From an uncultured Verrucomicrobiales bacterium (lineage in GTDB: Bacteria > Verrucomicrobiota > Verrucomicrobiia > Verrucomicrobiales > DEV007): a DNA stretch of 37,358 nt. The stretch covers positions 1 to 37,358 of the forward strand of contig CALKOM010000008.1 in NCBI GenBank assembly GCA_938091905.1, read 5' to 3'. Shown piece by piece: positions 30,887 to 37,358 of the stretch. A program made the position numbers and the translations under genes. Below the pieces are notes generated by a model. It did no database searches. It saw only the letters and a list, made by a program, of their open reading frames with translations, and was not told the DNA's origin. Each line of letters starts with the position of its first letter. The first letter of the stretch is position 1.

Positions 30887-32077
30887 TTAGTGGATAGAGG
30901 CGATTGGGAAAGCCTGCGCGCCTTGCGCGGGACGAGTGACGAAGGCATCCAGTCGTTGGCCGGTGTATTCTTGGTAATATTCCTCGTAGCAGGCCAGCAC
31001 GGGCTTTGCTTGAGACGTCTTGACCAGAGAAATCGTGCTACCGCCAAAGCCGCCGCCCGTCATGCGCGCGCCATAGACCCCGCCTGAAACACCGAGTTCT
31101 TGTGCGATGGCGACCACCGTATCGAGTTCTGGGCAACTGACTTCATAGTCCTTTGCTAGGGAATCGTGACTGGCATACATGAGTTCTCCCAGCTTTTCCC
31201 AGTAATGGTCTTGAATGGCTTCAACTGCGTCCTGGGTGCGTTGAATTTCGGTGACCACGTGGCGTGCTCGTTTGAGTAGATGGCCATCTAAAAGAGCGCT
31301 CGCCGAAGCGAGATCCTCTTTACGCACGTCGCGCCAGCTATTCACTCCCAATTGTGATTTCGCCTCGTCACAGTCCGCCTTGCGTTTCGCGTATTCGCTA
31401 GAAGCAAGCGAATGGTGAACGTTGGTGTTCGCAACCACGAGACAGACGGAATCATCATTCATAGGAACGGGTGTCACGTCTTGCGACTGGCAATCAATGA
31501 GGAGCAAATGATCGTTCTGCCCCATGATGGAGGCGAACTGATCCATGATCCCGCAGGGGACGCCGGCGAATACATGTTCAGCCCGTTGGCAAAGAAGCGC
31601 TTTCTCGACCTGGGATAGCGAAAGACCTGAGGCGTGTTCTAGTATGCTGGCGAAGGCGATTTCAAAGGCCGCGCTAGAACTCAGTCCGCTACCTAACGGA
31701 ACTGTGCTTTCGACCCAGATATCAAGGCCCGGAACATCGGCTGCCCGATCAAGAAATTCGGCGAGGACTCCAAGAGGGTAGCGCATCCACAGCGATCTCG
31801 CCTGGTCTGGCTTCGGGGGCGTATCGAGGCAGAGGACAGCCTCTTCTGCGAAGTGTTGAGATCGGATGCGGATCTTACGGGAGCCATTTGTCGAGGCGAG
31901 GGCGGTAAAGTGTCGATTGATGGCTGCTGGGAGTACGAAACCATCATTGTAGTCGATGTGTTCGCCAATGAGATTGACCCGTCCTGGTGCGGTTGCCATC
32001 CATAACGGCGTTTGCTGGAACGCCTTGGCGAAGTTGGCCAACGCATTGGCGGGCGGATTCTCGGACCGTGCAGACAT
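30887..32077 (-). CDS. galK: Galactokinase
   Basis: APGRVNLIGEHIDYNDGFVLP, PLGSGLSSSAA, CGIMDQ, GARMTGGGFGG. Start placed at ATG 32077 because the longer ORF overlaps parB. Confidence 0.95.
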   Translation of the reverse strand: MSARSENPPANALANFAKAFQQTPLWMATAPGRVNLIGEHIDYNDGFVLPAAINRHFTALASTNGSRKIRIRSQHFAEEAVLCLDTPPKPDQARSLWMRYPLGVLAEFLDRAADVPGLDIWVESTVPLGSGLSSSAAFEIAFASILEHASGLSLSQVEKALLCQRAEHVFAGVPCGIMDQFASIMGQNDHLLLIDCQSQDVTPVPMNDDSVCLVVANTNVHHSLASSEYAKRKADCDEAKSQLGVNSWRDVRKEDLASASALLDGHLLKRARHVVTEIQRTQDAVEAIQDHYWEKLGELMYASHDSLAKDYEVSCPELDTVVAIAQELGVSGGVYGARMTGGGFGGSTISLVKTSQAKPVLACYEEYYQEYTGQRLDAFVTRPAQGAQAFPIASIH

Positions 32078-32184
32078 CGATGAGTGGCTTCCAGCGTGCG
32101 TGGTATCGGGAAGGGGCGCAACGCCTTTGTCCAGTGAATCGATTCGCGACTTGCCAGCCAGTCTCTCGGACGCAATAAGAACGG

Positions 32185-33138
32185 ATGGCAAAGTCAGGTT
32201 TGGGCACAGGTTTGGGAGCATTGATTGGCTCCCCGGAGAAACGCGCGGAGGGGACAGCGAAGTCTCCTTTCGCACCGTCACCACGTTTTCGCTCCGCTGA
32301 AGAATCTACCAGTGGCGATGCCGTGGTCGAGGTCGAGATTACTCGGATTCTCGCGAGTACCCTTCAGCCTCGGAAACACTTCAGAGAGGATCAACTTCAG
32401 GAACTCGTCGATTCCATCAAAGAGCATGGCATCATCCAGCCACTCATTGTCCGTCCCGCAGATGATGATCAGTTAGAGCTTATCGCGGGCGAGCGGCGTT
32501 GGCGTGCCTGCCAGCGTATTGGAGGACTAACAAAAGTGCAAGTTATCATTCGTGAAGCCAGTGACAAGGATGTCTTGGAAATGGCGCTGATTGAGAACAT
32601 TCAGCGAGCTGACCTTGATCCGGTAGAGGAAGCCGAAGCCTACGTGCGTCTATCGAAGGACTTCGGTATGCGGCAAGAGGACATTGCTAAGCGTGTAGGT
32701 AAGAATCGTGCGACGGTGGCCAATGCCATGCGATTGTTAGAGCTTGACCCTGAAGTGCAAACCCATCTGGCCCAAGGGCGTCTCTCGGTTGGCCACGCTA
32801 AAGTCTTGTTAGGTCTAAAGGAAGGTGCCGCACAGAAGAGCGCCGCAGACATGGTCGTGAAACAGGGGCTTACCGTACGTGCGACGGAGCGTCTCCTCCA
32901 ACAGATGCAGAATCCGGAGAAGGCCCCTGCAAAGGTAAACAAGTCCTCACCTAGCCAGGCTGAGGCTGCCCTTTCTCCGGCCTTGCTGCACATTCAGAAC
33001 TGCCTTCGCGATCATCTAGCGACGAGCGTGAAGCTCACGCCTGGAGAGAAGAAAGGAAAATTGGAAGTTGAATACTATGGGGATGAGGACCTGGAGCGTT
33101 TGCTTGAGGTCATGGGCGTCAAGTTGGGAGATCTTTAG
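32185..33138 (+). CDS. parB: Chromosome-partitioning protein ParB/Spo0J
   Basis: GLGTGLGALI N-terminus, QPRKHF, GIIQPL, IAGERRWRA, ALIENIQR, HTH ending RATVANAMRLL, GKLEVEYY. Confidence 0.95.
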   Translation: MAKSGLGTGLGALIGSPEKRAEGTAKSPFAPSPRFRSAEESTSGDAVVEVEITRILASTLQPRKHFREDQLQELVDSIKEHGIIQPLIVRPADDDQLELIAGERRWRACQRIGGLTKVQVIIREASDKDVLEMALIENIQRADLDPVEEAEAYVRLSKDFGMRQEDIAKRVGKNRATVANAMRLLELDPEVQTHLAQGRLSVGHAKVLLGLKEGAAQKSAADMVVKQGLTVRATERLLQQMQNPEKAPAKVNKSSPSQAEAALSPALLHIQNCLRDHLATSVKLTPGEKKGKLEVEYYGDEDLERLLEVMGVKLGDL

Positions 33139-33141
33139 TCG

Positions 33142-34089
33142 ATGACGAGACGTGTGCAATTAGAGTGGGTCCTGCTACTCGTTGTGGGGCTGTGTGCCTG
33201 TGGGAAGCCAGCCACGTATCGCTACGATGTTGACGCTGCGGTCTATCACAAGTTCTCTGGCGATCTTGCCATGGGCCATGTCACAAAGTTGGTTGGATTT
33301 GGTCCTCGACCTGCTGGGAGTAGTGCCTTGGAAACTTCGCGGAAATACATCGAGGCCCGGCTAAGCTCTTTGGGCTGGGAGACCCAACGTCAGACGTTTG
33401 AAAGTGAAACGCCAGCGTCGGACAAAGTAACCTTTGTCAATCTGCGTGCTCGATACACACCTAAGCCAGTAGCTGATCTCTGGGAACGCCCTTACAAAGT
33501 GCTAATCGGTTCTCATTATGACACAAAGCTTTACGAGGATATCGAGTTTCTAGGAGCGAATGATAGCGGCTCGAGCACTGGCGCATTGATTGAGATTGCT
33601 CGTGTTTTGGTGGAACAACCATCAGTGGCTCAGGTTTGTGAACTGGTTTTTTTTGATGGTGAAGAAGCGTTTGGTAAGAACATCACGGACGTGGATGGTC
33701 TCTATGGTAGTCGCTACTTCGCCAAGCAGCTTCGCAAGGAAGAAGCCAGCCAGCATCCTGAGCATGGAATTATCCTGGACATGATTGGGGACAGGAACTT
33801 GAACGTCGGCGTGCCAGTTGACAGCCCGCGGGGACTCTATAAAAAGCTTCTTAAGGCGGCTAACGACCTTGGGTACGGCGAGTACTTTGGCATGCACAAC
33901 TCGGGAATCATTGATGATCATGTGCCGTTGAATGAAATTGGTATACCAACAATTGATATCATTGACCTCGATTTTCAGCCTTGGCACACGGCGGGAGACA
34001 CACTTGACCAGGTGAGTAGCGATAGCCTTCGCATTGTGGGATCGACCACGCTTCTCCTAATTGAGAAATACCTTCTTGGCGATGATTAG
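33142..34089 (+). CDS. M28-family lipoprotein, glutaminyl-cyclase-like
   Basis: Lipobox-like LCAC; SHYDTK, GANDSGSS, FFDGEE, LDMIG, IIDDHVPL, WHTAGD. Confidence 0.85.
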   Translation: MTRRVQLEWVLLLVVGLCACGKPATYRYDVDAAVYHKFSGDLAMGHVTKLVGFGPRPAGSSALETSRKYIEARLSSLGWETQRQTFESETPASDKVTFVNLRARYTPKPVADLWERPYKVLIGSHYDTKLYEDIEFLGANDSGSSTGALIEIARVLVEQPSVAQVCELVFFDGEEAFGKNITDVDGLYGSRYFAKQLRKEEASQHPEHGIILDMIGDRNLNVGVPVDSPRGLYKKLLKAANDLGYGEYFGMHNSGIIDDHVPLNEIGIPTIDIIDLDFQPWHTAGDTLDQVSSDSLRIVGSTTLLLIEKYLLGDD

Positions 34090-34304
34090 GCGATCCACGG
34101 ACGCGCTTGCTTGATCACCGGCTCGTCGTCTGGTATAATCTTGAAGTCGATCTCGACCGTGTCGTTCCCTTTGTAGAGTTTGTTTCTACTATCAAGTGTA
34201 ATCGCAAATTTGCTCTGCTCGGAGTCCTATCCGTTTGTGAGTTGGGTTAGAAGTAGGGCCAAAACAAGACCATGACGGAGACGACAGAATACAGCCTCGT
34301 TAAT
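34086..34304 (-). pseudogene. Short stub of a secreted protein
   Basis: From ATT 34304: INEAVFCRLRHGLVLALLLTQLTNG*DSEQSKFAITLDSRNKLYKGNDTVEIDFKII...WIA*. Signal-peptide-like start with TAG (34227-34229) at the predicted +1 residue. Confidence 0.4.
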
Positions 34305-34377
34305 GTGCTGAGCTGACTTGTGGGGCCAACCTGACCTCTGGTTGGGGCCTTTGCGATCCGGCAGAACGTTAGCTTAG

Positions 34378-37059
34378 CTAGCGTTTGTCTGGCAAAGGAG
34401 CGTTCTCGAAACGTTCGCGCTGACCCAGCAGTTCTTCGTCGTTTGGAAGATATTTGATCGCCTGATCGGAGAGCTCTTGGGCCTTCGCTCGATCGCCCAT
34501 TGTGAAGTAGACTTCTGCTAGTGTATCCAGGTAAGCTGCCGTTCTTGGGCGTAGCTTGCAGGCCAAGGTAGCGTGTTCTAAGGCGGTGTCGAGATTACGT
34601 CGAGAACGTGCATCAAGCCAGGCTAGATTGTTGTGTGCCATGGCTGACTTCGGAAAGATCTCACAGGCTTTAAGGGTTAGGGCACGAGTCTTTTGATAGA
34701 ACCCAAGGGCTTCGTTTACCTTCCCGGCTGCTTCGAGCTTGGGTAGAAGTTCTTCGCCGATCGAGGCATTGCCGGGAGTGAGCTCCCAGAACTTCTGCGC
34801 TGCTGCCACGGCGGCATCTGCATTACCTTCTTCCAGATGAAGAAGTGCCGTCCACTGACACCAGCGCGAATGCATGCTAAGATCGTAGGTATAGATAAAC
34901 ATGGATCTTAGTTCCCCAAGTAGGTGACGACTGACCATGGCCCGCTCTAGGTAACGGATAGCGCGCTTTAGGTCCTTCTTCTTCAGCTCGTTGGCTAGGA
35001 TGTTGAAGGTTTGCATGCCCAGCGAATCATTTGGTTGGGAGAGTCTCGCGACGAGTTCCCACTCTTCATGGGCTAGATCCTCATCATCCGCCTCACTCAT
35101 GGCGCGAGCTAGAGAGAATCGTGCGTCAAGGTCGCCGAGACAAAGCAGTCGTGCTTGGCGGGTCATGCGAGTGCCTTTATCCTTCTCGCCAACTTTCTCA
35201 TAGGCCCTGCCCGCTCGGTAGAGCAGGACCGGGCGAAAAACCTCGGTGACGTTCTGCGCATTGTTTTGCAGGAGACTAGCTTTGGCTCCCGCTAGATTGG
35301 TCTGCCACATGCGCTCAAACGTCTTGGCCGCAGCGAGCCACTGTTCTCTCTCTTCTTGAGCCTCAGCTAGGTTTCCTGTCCAGTAGCCTTCGGGACTAAT
35401 CTTATCGAGTTCCTCTAGATAAACCAAAGCCTTGTCTCGTCGACCATGTTCGTCGGCAGTTACCCAAAGATTGCGTAGATAATTGGTTCTATTGCGAGCG
35501 GGCATATTGGCTACTTTCGCAAAACCCACATCTAACAAAGCATCAATTGTCGCTTCAGGCATGGGCTCATCATCTTCGGTCACCTGAATCAAACGCCAGG
35601 CCCGAAACAGTGTGTCCAAACGCGGCTTCGCCTCTCGGCCTTCTTCTTGTTCCACAAAAATGTTATACCATTGCTCCACGATGGATGAGCCTATCATGAA
35701 CCTGTCTCTTAACTCATCGATAGACACAGTTTCCGCGACCTTTCGCAGTCGAGCTTCGGCGCGGTCCCGCATCCCGATCTTGATCTCCCTTCGAATTACG
35801 GCATCTTGACGTTTCGGCGAGCCTTCGGTCGCCACGAAGACCGCCTGAGTAATGCGCAGTGCTTCTTCTTTACTGCCCATCTCATAAATGTTTCCGGCGA
35901 GCTCTAGTAGTTCATCGAAGCTTGGGTCTTCCGCGTTCTTACGTAGCCGTGCGCAACGTTCTTCGACCCAATCTATGAAAGGTGGCTTGTCTACCTTGAT
36001 GCCGGCTGCTTTGAGGGCACTGGCGTAGTCTGCGCGGTAAGTCTGGATATCGTAGGGATTCTTATCCGGGATCTTTGGCAGATGAGCAAGGACGGGGTCG
36101 ACAACGCCGTTGAGGAACAGAGCATCGATGGCCTCCCGTTGGTGAGAGTCATCGGTCACCTTGGCAATGTTGATCAGATCATTGATCGCTTGATCGTAAC
36201 CTCTTTTATCGCCTGTGAAGCGTGCTTTGAAGGCCCGGTGACGGGCTCTCAGAGATGGCGATGCCGTTTGATCCTGTAGCGAAATCTCGCAGAAGGCGAC
36301 AGGATCTCCGTCTGCACATTTTAGAAGGTTCGTCAGATCAATGTCATCTTTCGCGAGTTCCAAAGCATCTTCGATACGACCCGCAGCACGGAGCAGCCAG
36401 ATCTTGACCTGGCGACCATGCGCGGTTTCTGGTGCGTTTGCTAGAGCTTCGTCGGTATTACCTGTCAAATGCGCAAAGACGGCGTAGTCGCGCATGCCGA
36501 CCTGGGTCAGGGCAGCTCGTTCCAAGAGGGTAATCGCACTTTCCCAATCCTCGGATGTTAGCTGATCCAGGAGTTTGACGCGAAAGGCGCTGGCCAGCCC
36601 TTGCGCAAGTTCTTCACGAAGGGTGTCGTTCTCTACGGATTGGAGAAGCCGCTGCACCGTGGTCAGATCCTCTGATGAGATCAACTCGTTCAGGATCTGT
36701 CGTTTTCTGCGTTTATCTCCATCGTGAAATTCGTAGATCCTCCGTGCCACGTCCAGAGGCGTGTCTGGTAGAATGCCCAGCTGTTGGGCCTCTTGAATTC
36801 GATCAGCGCGCACACGCACCTCGGGATCATCGGATTCTTGGGCGGCTTTTAACTGTCTCCCCGCGCTATCGGCATACTTCCAAAGAAACCGCGTGCCAGC
36901 CTCGCGTGCCTTGAAATCCGTGCTGCTGAGATCGGCGGCAGCTTGATTCAGTTCGACCTGGTTGGGAGATTCGATCTCCGCAGTGGCGATCGAGGAGTTG
37001 AGAAAGGCGAGACCGAGAAAGAGTCGCAGAATCCAGCAGCAACGTCGGGTATGCATCAC
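34378..37059 (-). CDS. Large secreted TPR/HEAT helical-repeat protein
   Basis: 893 aa with signal peptide; N-terminal HEAT-like LSSTDFKAREAG...DPEVRVRA; C-terminal TPRs AHNNLAW...AYLDTLAEVYFTMGDRAKAQEL. Confidence 0.85.
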   Translation of the reverse strand: MMHTRRCCWILRLFLGLAFLNSSIATAEIESPNQVELNQAAADLSSTDFKAREAGTRFLWKYADSAGRQLKAAQESDDPEVRVRADRIQEAQQLGILPDTPLDVARRIYEFHDGDKRRKRQILNELISSEDLTTVQRLLQSVENDTLREELAQGLASAFRVKLLDQLTSEDWESAITLLERAALTQVGMRDYAVFAHLTGNTDEALANAPETAHGRQVKIWLLRAAGRIEDALELAKDDIDLTNLLKCADGDPVAFCEISLQDQTASPSLRARHRAFKARFTGDKRGYDQAINDLINIAKVTDDSHQREAIDALFLNGVVDPVLAHLPKIPDKNPYDIQTYRADYASALKAAGIKVDKPPFIDWVEERCARLRKNAEDPSFDELLELAGNIYEMGSKEEALRITQAVFVATEGSPKRQDAVIRREIKIGMRDRAEARLRKVAETVSIDELRDRFMIGSSIVEQWYNIFVEQEEGREAKPRLDTLFRAWRLIQVTEDDEPMPEATIDALLDVGFAKVANMPARNRTNYLRNLWVTADEHGRRDKALVYLEELDKISPEGYWTGNLAEAQEEREQWLAAAKTFERMWQTNLAGAKASLLQNNAQNVTEVFRPVLLYRAGRAYEKVGEKDKGTRMTRQARLLCLGDLDARFSLARAMSEADDEDLAHEEWELVARLSQPNDSLGMQTFNILANELKKKDLKRAIRYLERAMVSRHLLGELRSMFIYTYDLSMHSRWCQWTALLHLEEGNADAAVAAAQKFWELTPGNASIGEELLPKLEAAGKVNEALGFYQKTRALTLKACEIFPKSAMAHNNLAWLDARSRRNLDTALEHATLACKLRPRTAAYLDTLAEVYFTMGDRAKAQELSDQAIKYLPNDEELLGQRERFENAPLPDKR

Positions 37060-37191
37060 GTGATTATATACGGCTTCTACCAGCCTGCTTGGGTTAATTT
37101 ACAAGGGAACTTGAATAGAGGGGACTGAATTGACGTCTTGACTGACGAAACCATGTTGGCATTTGTCAATTTTTCCTTATTATTAAGTATT

Positions 37192-37358
37192 ATGAATTTC
37201 GACACGTTCAAGAAAGCACTCTGTAGTCTCGCGGCAATTGGTTTGATCATCTTCTTTGGAACCAGTTGTGGGAACACGATGTATGGAATGGGGCTGGATA
37301 TGGAGCGTACTGGGCGAAAGCTCCAGACGAATCACGATCCCAACGCAGCAGTGGATAG
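37192..37358 (+). CDS. Entericidin (EcnA/B)-like small lipoprotein; runs off the right edge
   Basis: MNFDTFKKALCSLAAIGLIIFFGTS-CGNTMYGMGLDMERTGRKLQ...: lipoprotein signal followed by an NT-x-x-G-x-G-x-D-x-x-x-G pattern. Confidence 0.7.
   Translation, partial: MNFDTFKKALCSLAAIGLIIFFGTSCGNTMYGMGLDMERTGRKLQTNHDPNAAVD

Noticed and set aside
32078..32284. N-terminal extension of GalK overlapping parB
   Set aside because: Longest-ORF artefact; GalK similarity begins after ATG 32077.
32185..33138. parB as a marker of a plasmid or mobile element; nearby parS site
   Set aside because: It is a chromosomal Spo0J-type protein among core genes. I saw no parA, rep gene or TGTTNCACGTGAAACA-like site.
257..34229. 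Stop-codon reassignment or amber readthrough, suggested by the many in-frame TAGs
   Set aside because: The same genes also contain TAA, TGA and frameshifts, and TAG ends intact genes normally (PBP1A, deoD, parB).

Overview
A 37.4 kb bacterial chromosomal segment, probably from a Verrucomicrobiota/PVC organism (inferred from SHD1-type secreted proteins, Cys-type sulfatases and a large TPR protein; not checked by search). Intact core genes: thrC-like, nuoD-nuoE-nuoF (separated from the rest of complex I, with a perfect Rex-type palindrome upstream), a MidA/NDUFAF7-type methyltransferase, PBP1A, nupC-xapX-(deoA)-deoD, two sulfatases, pyk, galK, parB, a glutaminyl-cyclase-like M28 lipoprotein, a TPR protein and an entericidin-like lipoprotein. 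Between them are many decayed accessory genes that can be rebuilt by reading through stops and frameshifts: a beta-propeller repeat protein, both VWA genes of a three-gene envelope module, a second SHD1 paralogue, a caspase/legumain-fold protease, a class I methyltransferase, deoA and a secreted-protein stub. The best candidate for an undescribed system is the module at 4085-8130: a membrane coiled-coil protein with a possibly GrpE-like C-terminus plus two membrane-anchored VWA proteins. I saw no rRNA, tRNA, CRISPR array, transposase or integrase. All family calls come from motif recognition by eye.
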